DNA of 46,654 nucleotides from Chromera velia (lineage: Eukaryota). Location of the stretch: NCBI GenBank assembly GCA_018398765.1, contig JAHBMJ010000470.1, forward strand, positions 1 through 46,654. Reading direction: 5' to 3'. The notes beneath the pieces were generated by a model. That model saw only the letters and a program-made list of their open reading frames with translations. It was not told where the DNA came from and made no database searches. Each line of letters opens with the position of its first letter. The stretch's first letter is position 1. This document shows, in pieces, positions 23,181 through 35,800 of this stretch. The position numbers and the translations under genes were made by a program.

Positions 23181-25993
23181 TCATACGTCGTTCTTACCGT
23201 CAATGACCAAGATTGTCTTTCCGACGTGCCGCTCGGAGTCCACCCTCGGAGCGTTTTGGAAAATCTGAAAGCAGGCAGAGACAGAGGTTGGAAGGCAGTG
23301 AGAGCAAAATCATGGAGAGATGCACACCGGTGGATTGGCTCAAAAAGGACAGTAAGGAAATGAAAGGATGGAAAGGACAATAGACAACGGTGGACAGAAC
23401 TTCACTGAAGAAGGGAACGAAACAACAAATGTGGCAAAAAGGGCCGAAAACGGGAGACCGTGTTGTGCAGACGTCGACAGAGGTACAAAGACGGGCGGCC
23501 CCACCACCTCAGCTGATCAACCCTTTTTCTGACAGGTTGACTTCTCGCTTAGTTGTGCCAAAAGAAGCACACACACAACCGGGCAGAGAGATTGTCATCT
23601 AGACAGCTGATGAAAGCGGTGAGCACACACGACCCAGTTTCCTTTCTGTCTGCTGAACTTCAGCTGCTCTCTTTGCGTCAAAATTCCACCAACTCCCTCC
23701 CTCCATCCCTGACTATCGGACTGACTGACCTGAGGAACGACAGGCATTGAGAATGTGAACCAATTCCCTTCCCCCGAGTCCATTTTTGAACTTTCCCAGG
23801 CGTGTTTGAAAGTTTCGTTCACCCCATAGTCCAGCTCCCTGTTTGCGGGGAAACTCTCGAACAACTTCTCTGCCTCCGGTTTCCCTGCCCGTGCGAGCAT
23901 TGGATGATCTGTCCCCCCAACAAACGTCCCTCTAGGATTGCAGAAAGAAAAGTACACAGGCGCGGCTGCATCGCGACGCCCTGCACCGTCTAGCATCTGG
24001 AAGGCTACCCAGGACCCACGACCGTATATTCGTCTCAGACAGATATCGCTTCTCCGTGAGTACCTGCCCTTCCAGCAGTTCAAAGGATCGCAACACCCAG
24101 GACCAAACATGGCCCAATAACGATCCAGAGGGACCATCTCATCCTCAGGGGTGTTCCCTGCACCCGCCGCCACGTCATGGTCTTTGAATGGCGATCCCCC
24201 TCTCTCCTTCAAGGTCTTCCGAATCAAATCCCAAGGGACCGCGTCGCCCCTCCCGATCCCGTCGTGAGTGGAGATCCAGTTGTTGATCTCCCAATTGAGG
24301 GGGCCCTGCATGTGCCCGAATGAGGCTCTCTTGTGGGGATTCATGTTGTGTCCAGAGGGGAGTCGGTGGGTCCTCCAATACTCCAGTTGATTCACGTTGG
24401 GCTGTCTGTTGATCTGAGTGAAGAAGGGGAACCAGAAGTTCTTTCCGGGGGCATAGAGGTCGAAGGAACCCTTGCAGCCTCCTGCAATCATCCAGACACG
24501 CGGCAGTTACTTGACTGATCGTTCACGCGTTGTATTGGTCGAGAGACATTGAAGAAAGCGTAACGGATGGTTGCGAAAACTCGCATGTGCAAGCAAGGTC
24601 AGCGACACCAAATGCAGAGAACCATCGAGAATGTTTACACAGAAGAGAAGCGGAACATCTGCTTCCCTCCTGTTACAAAGAAACAGTTAATGGCAAAAAG
24701 AGGCCGAACAGATCCACACACGTGTGAGTTTATATAACAGAGAGTGTCAAAACACATGGCCGCCCGCCTGCCTGACTGACTGTCACACGTGAAATCCACC
24801 CACGACCACCTCCCGTTTTTGCACGTGACGACTCCCGAGAGGTCTTCTGTCTGCTGTTCCAACCCCATGTTCTCTGTGTGCCTCCACACCGGGGCAAACT
24901 GCTTTGCCTGGTTGCACACAATCACGTGGGCGTCTCCTGGCTGCATTTTTTCGCACAAGGGTTAGGCATTTATTTTCATACAGAATAATAAAAACACAAA
25001 CGAAAACACTGATGAAAATAAATGCATACGATTACGTGGGCATCTCCTGGCTGCATTTTTTCGCACAAGGGTTTTGTGAGTTAAAACAACTGCAGAAGAT
25101 TCTTCTGTGGAAACGCTTTTCGCTGTTGCATGATGGAAGCATAACTCAAAAGTTGATCGAGAGACTCAAAATTCTCCTTGAACATCGAAAATGTGTCCGG
25201 ACAAATAGAGGCGAGCGCAACGAGAAATCCTGAGGAGACACAAGGAATCATGGAGCACAGCTTCGTGAGCTCAAATCCGCGGAAGATAAGCACTCTCCGG
25301 CATCATTGAGTGGTAAGAGACTCCAGGAAGCAACGAAGAAAACACCCACGCATAATCGGAATCTTCCCGGGAGCGGTACAGCGAGACAGAGAGTGACTTG
25401 GGAACGAGAGATACCTTTCAGACTGAAGGGCAGACCGAGAGAGGCTCTTGTTGACATGATGAAATATGTGTGATTCAAAGGAGCAAACGAGAAAAAAGAC
25501 AACACCAGCACGTCAGACTGACGTGTGTTGCCTCCTTGAACATTTGGTCTGCCTTGTCTGGCGCCTGTGCCCATTTCAGATCTTTCCTCAAGAAAGATTC
25601 CCACACAAGGTAGGGCGCCCAGGGCACCGGCTCCCTTCCGGCGGTGCACCTTTCCTCCGCACACTCCGCGGAAGTCACGTTGTTCCCACTCAGATCGAAA
25701 ACGTTGGCAGAGCCCTCGAAACATGGAGAGTGCTGGTTGTACTTGTACCTGTACAGAGAACGCATGGGCATGCGTGTGTACAGACAGGGATTTATGCCCA
25801 TGAATGCAGATTGACAAACCAGGAGACAGATCCTCACCGCACAAGATTCCTTTCCCGTCAATTCCGGACAGTTGAAAACACAAAATACAGACCGGGTTTC
25901 CTGTTTGCCTTTCTGCGACAAGACGAAAAACTGGACATGAGAAGACAGGGAAAAGAAACGATTCAAAGAAAAGAAGAATTCAGCTGACAACAG

Positions 25994-26055
<62 letters not shown>

Positions 26056-29046
26056 GAGACAGACAAACAGACAGACAGCTAGACAGACAGACAGAAGTAA
26101 GGACGTCCCAGGAGTGTCCCAGGAGTGCAAAAACATTTCGGCAACTCCAACAGACGCACGAACAGAAAGACCGCCCTTCTGCCTTCTCATCCCGCCACCC
26201 CCCGTCACGGACGGACCAATCGAGACACAGATTGTTCAATCTGTTCGTGATCGGCTCAGAGCACCTCTCTGCATGCAATCATTCGATCACTCAGTCAATC
26301 AGTCAGCCAATCAGTCAACAAAACATCCAAATAATCTAAGCAGCCACCCAGTCCGAAGACACACTCCTCTGAAAACGCGATTTCTCGAACCTCCTTTCCT
26401 CAAAAATATAGTGTCCGAAAAAAAAGACCAGCTCTCTCCTTTACATTCCCTCGTTTCCGTGTTGGCTCCTTTTCTCCTTTATGAGGAAATACAGACACGA
26501 GAACCAATTGATTGCATCCGATCATTCCATAAACTCACTCTCGCATTGGATCACCGGACGGGACCACTTCCCGTTTTGACAGATCACCCGATCGTAGTAG
26601 TGGACCTTGTGGGCGATCAGACCACTCACGTCAGAGGGGAAGTAGCCACTGAAGTGCGGGGGGAGGAGGGAAGGGTTTCATGGAGTGAGAGTATGTTCAG
26701 TGTCTCATAGACTCAACCACGCACAAACTCTGTCATTGTCTCATTCTTTTACTGACTCACTCGCTTACTCACTGACTCACGCACTCTTTCTCTCTTTCTA
26801 TCACTCAGCAGTTTAGTTGCTCGCTTTCCCCCTCACTCATTTGTACGCCAAAGTGCTCACTCCCTCATTCATACGCAGTCCCACATTCGAAGGCAATAAA
26901 AATTATTCACATTCTAATTTCTCCATTCTGTGCATGCATTCATCCGCAGGGACGCGGCCGCACGTCCCTTCTGATCGAGATTTCGACTGACTCTTTTTTC
27001 TCTGCGTCCTGACACCGAATAAACTTTTCTGTCCCGTCGAGGACCTGCACCTACAGTGACGCACGCACACACACACACATTGATTGTAATTCAGTCTCAC
27101 GTTCTTTCGCTTCTCAGTCTTCCAAAAATTCAAACGAGCACAGGCAAGCATTACAGCAAGATAGGAAGGAGTCTTTGAGAGACGTACGAGCAAACATAAT
27201 CTCAAATCCGCCCCGCTTCGCTCGCTCTCTGTTCCCGCTGCCCACCATCAATTCCTCCTCTTCTTCTGCCGTCTCTACGAACGCTGTTGCCTCCCCGTCT
27301 CCCTCGTCGTCCCCCGTGTTCGGCGTCCCGTCTTTCCCGGACAGAATCACGAAGTGCGAATTGGGGGGAGGGGTCAGGTTAGGACATTCAGCTGCACACA
27401 CACTCAGATATTCATGCACTCTCTCTTGGTCTCAGGTACATGCACGCACACAGGAGCATGCGTACACGCCCACACACCATTACACAAATTTACACTAGAA
27501 GAGCACCCGTGCGTGGAGTCGACGAAGCCAGCCAAAATGACCACAAATAAGTTTGAGCAGATGCGAATATACAAGCACCAAATGAGCCAAAGGTGTCTGC
27601 AACCAGAAAATGATGTAATTCAGGTAAACAGATACTCTCCCTTCCCGCCTCTCCCACTAACAACCAACTGACCGAAGCACTCGAGGACGTTCCCCACCCA
27701 CTGCCCCTCATCGCACACGAGGAACCCCACATACCCCTCCCCCGCCTTGTAGTCTTCATCAGACTTCTCTGCCAGCTCCGTCCCGTCCTTCTGGGGAGAC
27801 AAAGTCTGCATGTAAAAAAGAAAGGACGTCAGGCAAACAGGCAGGACATTGACATATGGGAAGTAAGTGATTCATGGAAAAAAAGAGAAGCACAAGAACG
27901 TCGGGATCCAAAAAAGGGAGGCCACACGAAGGCAGAAGGGGGAACCTCACGGTATTCAACTGCTACCTGCAGGAGAAACGAAAACGCCCTTCAGACCGCT
28001 GGCTGACCGGGCCGTAGTTGGGTTTGCACATGATTTCGATTTTGTCTCCGTGCCGCTTGCTGGTCGTGTGGTCGTTGTTGGGGAAGTCGATGTTAGGAAA
28101 GCTGTCCATCTCCACAGGAGGGCAACTGGCTGCAACACAACGCATCAAACAAACCAGATTGTAAAGGACATGCATTTGATGAAGAACTCAAGAGACGAAT
28201 GAAGAAAAATCCAAATGATGCCTTGAGAGGCAACAAACAGATAGGAGTTTTCGAAAGTTGCCCAACGGGTGCGATCACGGAAGGCACAGGCACGGACACA
28301 GGGACAGGAGGGCGACCAGACAAACAGACGGGCGGAAAGATAGAAAGCCAGACAAATAAGCAGCAGTCAGGCAAATATCTCCCGCTTGAAGCAGGGTTTC
28401 TCCTTTTTGTCCTGAGTTTGTTTTTTTAAAACATGTTCGTTCCCACTTATCAACCAATCCATTCACTCATCCACTCCCTTTCCGCTTGTCTTGCTCTTTG
28501 TGAAGCTTGGCGACAAACACAGCAACTGTCAAGACTGACGCATGCATTTGAGTTGAAACTTTGACCAGGTCCCGTCTCTGCAGGAGATCACATCAGAGTC
28601 GAAGCCTGACTGCCCGGCCCAGCCAGGCTGGCAGGAAATCTGGACCAAACTCCCGTGCTCAACCTCGTCGTCTAGACCGAGGCTGTCGGAAGGTGAAATG
28701 TACGAGGCTCTATACCTGCATGACGCATGTATTGATATTCAAATTGGGCGCTTCTGTTTCTTCCGTCAGCGACTGTATCCCTCGGATGAGCAGTGAGCCG
28801 GGACTCTACCCTCCATTTAATAAGAAGGAACAGCGATATGACTCACTCTGTTTGATATTCTAAGGAGATACTTCCCCAACGGCAAACAACGACAGGGCTT
28901 CTTTGACAGCAACGAGAATTTAACATAAACGAGCCAATTGAATGTGTACAGAGCACTGACCGAGCTCCGTCCACTTCATTCGTGTCAAAGAGATGCCGGA
29001 TTGAGGGACACATGCCTGCACAGAGGAGCGAAGGAAACATCAAAAC

Positions 29047-29082
<36 letters not shown>

Positions 29083-29782
29083 GCACACACATACACAGAA
29101 GAGAAAGCGAGAGAACGTTCGGAAATTTTATGTGTCGCACACCACCCTTCTTTCCTGCCATCCATCAGAAATCTGGGCCTTGAGATGGGTTGAATGGCAC
29201 TGCATGACTTATACCAGCATCAGATATTAATGAAACATCTTCACTCCTCAGTTGGACCCGCAAAGTACCTGTCAGAGGTGTGATCGTGAAGGGGCATGGG
29301 TGTGTACTATCCAGATACAAAGCACGCAAAAAGACACATACACAGACAGACAGACAGACAGACAGACTGACGGTAGCACGACACGTCTCGAGCCCCCCAC
29401 TCCCCGTTGTTGCACCTCAACTGCCCTTCCCGGGGCTTCCGAAATCCCGGGGTTGTGCCTGCAGGGAGCGAGGCATGCAGAAGTGTCGTGCAAGCAGGTT
29501 GTTCAGAAACAATGAAATTCGAATGCATACTAGATCGTGTCTCGCTCTCATTGAACGGGAAGAGCGTATCTCGCTATAAGTCGGTACAGGAAGGGCGATT
29601 TGCCCTTTTCTCTTCGGACTTCAAGGCACATGGACACTCTGCAACAAAGCGCACCTACCTGCCGCGCAGTAGGTCTTGACTCTTGCTCCGTGTCTGAGAG
29701 GCCCCAATTCTCCGTTCCCCATTGCCTGCTCGTTAGGATACATGAGCACGTGGGGTCGGCTCTCCGGGACTTCGCATGGGGC

Positions 29783-29813
<31 letters not shown>

Positions 29814-32800
29814 ACACACACGCATGGGGTTGCACGTCGCTTTGATCGTTTCTTCTGGGACCCTTTAAATCGTGCAGGCCGAAGAGATGTATGAGGCTAA
29901 GTCAGGAAGAACCGCGGAAAAAAGGAACATGGGAATAAACGAGAAACGAGGGGAAAGCCAAGGAAAAAGAGGGTGTCTGTCTCAGGAAATTCTTTAGTCT
30001 TTTTTCAACTTCAGCCACTCGAGCCCATGTTTCTTTGATCAAGTCTCGACTGCTTGACTAACGGACGTACTAAATGAACAACTCCAAGGCTGAATGAACG
30101 AAGGACTGAAAAACCGAATGAGTGAAGAGGCAATGAAGCAATGAATGAGCAAATAAATCCTTTGACTGACGGAAGCAGGTCAATGATCTTGTCTGCCACT
30201 CCCCATGTTCGCACAGAAGGTTTTCGAAGTCTGGAGACACAGGAATTCCTATTGGTCCAAATTCCGTCTCGTTCACATCCTGCGAGAAGGGCACAAAGGT
30301 CCCCTCAGGGCACCTCACAGTCACGACGTCCATCTCGGACCCGGACACCAACACTTCATCGTGGACGTCTACGGGTTAAGCGTCGGGGTCAGTGTATGCA
30401 CCGCAGAAAGCTGCAGGGATGGATGAGACAAGACACGCCAAAACAATGAAATAATGGAGAAAGCAAAGACACACATACGCATTTTTGTGCTTCCCCCCGC
30501 TTTTCTCGAGACAGCTGAAAGGTGCAGATCCAGTAGCAAGACAAGACAGAGAAAGAGAAAGGAAGCAAAGGAAAAAGAATAAGTAGAGAGTTCTCAAAAG
30601 AATGTCAGGATCCAGATTAAATTTTCTTCCTTTCCTTCAACTGACGGTAGCATGAAAGATCGAATTTGTCGTATTGCCCATTCTGGCATGTGAGCGTCTG
30701 CAGCCTCAGAATTCCTGCCGTGCTCACGGCCCCGTTGGCACAAGTCAGGTTCAAAGTACCGCCCGGGCGCTCTGCCTCGATATCTGTGCCCTCGGCAGGC
30801 TTCACTACGTACACCCCTGCAAGGTATTGAGGGCATGCGTGTTTTGGCACAAAAACATTGAAGGGCAGGGCAGAGGGGAAAAGGGCAACAATTGTTGCGT
30901 CTGGATTGCATGGAAATTTGCGCAACTCGCACAAGTTTACGTACTGAACCAAGCAGGTCTGCGACGCAGCGAAGCACTTCTCTGCGGTAATGCCAAGACA
31001 CCAATAGCACTTCTACGCAGATCTGAAGGAACTCTGAGGCAGAAGAGTAGTAATGCGAAGTTGGAGGGCAGAGGAAGCGTAGAAAAAGTGAAAGGGACGG
31101 GCGTGCGCATACAGGAGGAGAGAACAAATTCAGTCTCGATTCCAAGGCAATTAAAGGGGGAAAAGTCGAAGCAAGGAAGGAGAGCAGAAAAGATGAGTTG
31201 TTTGCAGAGATCGGATGAAAAAGCACGGATGAAAGGGCAATGAAGTCCGTCACACGTTCTACGGCTCAGATGTGAATGTTTTGATTCCTGTGTAGGAACC
31301 CGACGAATGCGAGATTGATGGTGCCATCCCCTCGCCCCCCCCCACCTGTCTTGAATGCCCCCCCCCCAAGGTCCTTGTGATGTGGACCCTCGGAAGACAG
31401 CCCCTGTCGCCTCAACAGAGACTGCCTCAGGTCGGAGAACACACACGGTGCTGCAGAGGATCGAGAGATCGGGTGATGCGGCATCCCATGGATCCATCCA
31501 TTCAGGGGGGGAGAGGAGAGCCGGAGATGCAATTCAGGGATGAAGAGAAAAATTAAGCTGAAGGCAGGAAAATTGCGACGGGGACGCACGTGTGCTTTTC
31601 GACGCAGGTAGATGGTTGACTGGAGGATCATGGATGTCTGTCTCAAAAGCTTGCGATGCGATGAGCTGAACCTGTTCTGCACTAAATGGGATTTGAGGAA
31701 AGGCGTCATCATGAAGATGAACAAAACCGCTTCCTAAGGCGAATTGATGCTTTTTCACACTGGTCCTTGGTCTGTTCCCCCTGACAGGACGATCATGTGT
31801 TCAGGACAAGTCGAAGAAACAAAGAAGCCCTAGAGAAGCAAAATGCAGTTAATTTTCAGACTGACGCTGGCAGTCCAAAGGAGATCCTAAGAACTTCCCA
31901 TCGATGCACTGGATGAAAGAAACCTCTGGCTCTCCTTTGAACACCGTAAATGGTTCCCGGCACCTGCATGGATGCATGAATTTATGAAGAAAGCAAGTGA
32001 AAGAAAACCAGGCTGACATACACACACAGAGAAAGTCCGGAGCAAAAACCTCGCTGATCTAACAATGTGGTGGAGGGTTCGGACAAGCAGACAGAAAAGG
32101 AATTCCCTTCCAATTCACATCTCATCAACGGCACTTCACACCAAAACCAGACAAGACCATCGAGAGGACTCCAAGGCAAGCAACTGCATCGATTGATGTG
32201 TTTGTTTCTTTGTTTGTTTGTATGTTTGTTTGTTTTTTTCTTTTTGCTGACCTGAGGTGGAACGTTGAGTTGTGTCTCATGGGAATTCGGACCCCGAGTT
32301 CGTTCATGAACGTCATGGGGGGCTCTTCTCCCTCCTCCCAGGAGGTCACCGTCGTCACCTCTGTGTTCATTGCCGCAGTGATGGGAAACTCCTCGGGCAC
32401 ACAGTCAGCTGCAGGGCATGGTCAAAGAGGGAGAACATAGGAGAGAATCAAAAGGAGTCAAACAAAAAGACAGGGAAAGGAAAAGACGAGACAAGAAGAC
32501 TGGCAGCATCAATTCAAAAAAGATGAACGAAGAAGGAGGAATCAGTTCCGTGCAGAAAGATATACTCGAGGGGGTGCTGTCTTGGCGACCGATGGCTTTT
32601 TCACTCAGCAGAAAGGTACTGGATATGATGAGAAAAGAAGTGAAAATTAAGTTTTTCAGTATCACGGAGTCAAGAAAGAGAGAGGGTCCTCTTTCCTCCT
32701 TTTTTTTGTTTTTTAATCAGTTCAGTCATACAGAGCCTACAGGGAGTTGTCTTGGGCATCGTCTTCCTTCCCTCTTACTCTGCTGATCCCCCCACGAATT

Positions 32801-35800
32801 GATTTCTTTCGGTCAAGCAATTGTGACTTCTTCTTCTTCTTCCACTCGACTCTACCACCACACGTGCACATGACAGCCAAGGAGACGAGCCGATTGATTG
32901 ACTCAACTTGATTGACTGACTGACTGACTGACTGACTGACTGACTGACCAACTGACTGACTGACTGACTGACTGACTGACCAACTGACTGCCTGACTGAC
33001 TGACTGACTGACATGCGCACTTGAGGAAGTACTTGGAGAATTCTCCGTCGATGCACTGCACTCTGGCCTGCCCCATGTGTCTGAACGGATCCATCCCCTC
33101 TGCAGCAAAACGGCCGTCAGAGCACTGGAGCCTCATGTCTGTGTGAGAAGCAATCCTGTGAGGAGGCTCCGGGAGAGTGACGGGCTCATGTCCTGGTACG
33201 AACCTGCAATTTGTGAGCATTCATTTCTGTGTGTGCATGAAAAGAAAGTCTCCCAACATACCCGCGACCCCCCATCGCAACCCCCCCCACCATCACCCCG
33301 GTAGACAGGAATGCAGACAAGAAAAACACCACTCAGAATAGAAAGACAACACACACCCACAGACGGAATGACTCACTGACTGACATGAAGCCATATTGGG
33401 GGAAGAAAAGTTCCTCCGGGTCTGAGGGAGACGTTGCCGGGGTCTGTTCGTGACAGCTCTCTGCAGGGGGGTGCGTTCACGTTCTTTGTAAGGAGGCAGG
33501 GGAAGGGAGCACACCCAAATGGTGCTGAAGCAGAGCTGTAGCAACAAGCCATTTGAGGCAACAGCGGGATTTCATTTATGGAAGAACCTGCCTCAGGGTC
33601 TTTTGCTTTTCCATTTACGAAAGAATCTTCCTCAAAGTCCTGCTTGCTCATGTTGATGCACCTCTTCTCTTCTTTTGATGGACAATAGAGTGGCTGACTT
33701 CTGCAGACATTTACTTTCATACAGAATTCTTTTTCAGGAAAAAAAAAAGCTGACTTCTGCAGACAAGCCCATGAGGCTGCCAGACGCCGTCGACACAGAC
33801 AGTGACTCCTTCGGGGCTTGCCGTGATGTTGTGATGGAAGTTCTCGGTGTTGCAGACAACTTCCAGAGCGTCCGAGTGTCGGTACACAGAGTGCAAGTGT
33901 GCAAGCTCCTCTGGAGAGACGACAACCCTGGAACCATTCAGCTGAGCGACAGGGTCCAAAACCCTGTATCTGTCTCTGCTCTTGTCGAGACCACTCGGGA
34001 GAAAGGCGGGGCAGTCGCCTGCATCAAATTGAAGAATCAATGAGAGAGAATTGTCAGTCAACATGATCGATAATTCGAGTCGGTGTATTGTCAAGCGCTC
34101 TCGATTTGTGAAAAGTTTCTGCATCAAAGTGCTGAAATATGTTTTTTTTCTTTCACTGTGGAGTATACATGCAGTTGGCAAAAAGAAAACAAGCCGTCAG
34201 CAGTGCCTTCCCGACAGACTGACGGAAGCAGCGGAGCGTTTGGGGAACCCATGCCCCGTCCGTGCAGGTGATCTCTTCGTATTCTGTCTCCTCCTCTATT
34301 CCCTCCGTCTCCCCTTCCTCCGGCTTCCTCTTCTTCATGTTCTTCCAGAGCCAGTCAGAAGGACCGTGGTGACCCTCTCTGCACCCACCCATCCATCCAC
34401 ACAAGGCGTGCACCTATCCATCCATCCATCCATCCATCCATCCATCCATCCACACAAGACGGCCACAAGGTTATGCTTTGGGGGGTGAGGCACGAAAAAT
34501 GCCCTCTGGATGGACACGGAGTGCACAAAAAGAACAACCACCGACGTTGCGTTTGTGGGGGTCACAGGCGTCGGTCATCAGACGAGAAAAAGGAGTCGGT
34601 CTTCTTAAGTACAGACATACGAAAAAAACAGAAGTACGCGAAAGAAAAACTAAAGGAGAGAGCCGGTTTCTCCTTTTCTTTTTCATCTACCAAGCCTCTG
34701 TTCTTGCGTGCGTCAATCTTTTTCATCTACCAAGCCATGCACTGACTGACTGACCTGCATGTGACGTTCACTGAGGCCCCGTGATGTCTGGAGAAGCCCT
34801 CCACCTCATACCTCTCCGTGTCGGGCCACGCGAGGGCATTGCAGTCCTCTGCAGGGAGGCAGGGAAAGAGGGAGAAAGGAAGAGAGATGATCTGCGTGTC
34901 TCCTTAATTGTCATGCAGTGCGTTCAATGAGCTGCACGCGTACACTCAGTATGTTGATCGACAAGCTGCATGCCCGACTTCCTGATTGACTTATTCCGCT
35001 TCCCCCCGTCGCATACTCACTCACATTCACGGACTCACTTACTCACTGACTCATGCAGAGAAGGGACACCTTCCCCAGATGGCCGTCGTTGCATTCGATT
35101 TGCTCCTCCGTCTCCCCACTGGACGAGTCGACCAGAGGAGAGTACCCGTCAGCACACCCGACAGCAAACACGGCCCCGTGGGGGATCAGGTCGGAATCCT
35201 CGGGGATGGCGTGCTCATTCAGTCCGCCTGTGATCCGTCTGGCTGGGCCGTATCCCGCGTGGAGACGGGAGGGGAGCTCGTCTTTTGTGCAGTGCGCTGC
35301 AACCATGTCAACCAGACAGAAAAAAAACAGAAGTTGGCGACCACGCCCTATGTCAAAAAAGACTGAAAATAGAAAGAAAGAACACGAGAAGGAAAGTGAG
35401 TGCAGTGCAGAGAAGTTCAACAGGACAATGAATTTTGCCTTTTTATCTGCTTTCTAATCACTACTCTCGTAAATTAAGAATACACAGTGTTCAACAATGA
35501 TCATTGTGGTATTTGACTTGACACCGGCATTTCCCTGCATCTGCACAGAACTCCCACTGCCTATGATTGCTTCACTGGAAAGACGTTGTTGCTCGTGTCC
35601 GAGCTTCAGTTTTCTGGCGCTGATGGGAACTGTAACCACAGAAAAGAAATAAATACACGCAAGAAAGACGAGACTGATGATACTGCCATGCAGTCGCAGG
35701 ACGTTTTCCTTCTAGACTGTCTGCATTTCTCTGGGTGCCCCCCCCTCGTGGTACCTTTGCATGCGATGTGCCTGGGCGTGTAGGTGCCGTTGACGCACGT

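Noticed and set aside
30817..31345. Apparent frameshift or extra exon in the Sushi gene near poly-G runs
   Set aside because: Resolved by one phase-1 intron joining 31346 to 30816, which completes a single module.
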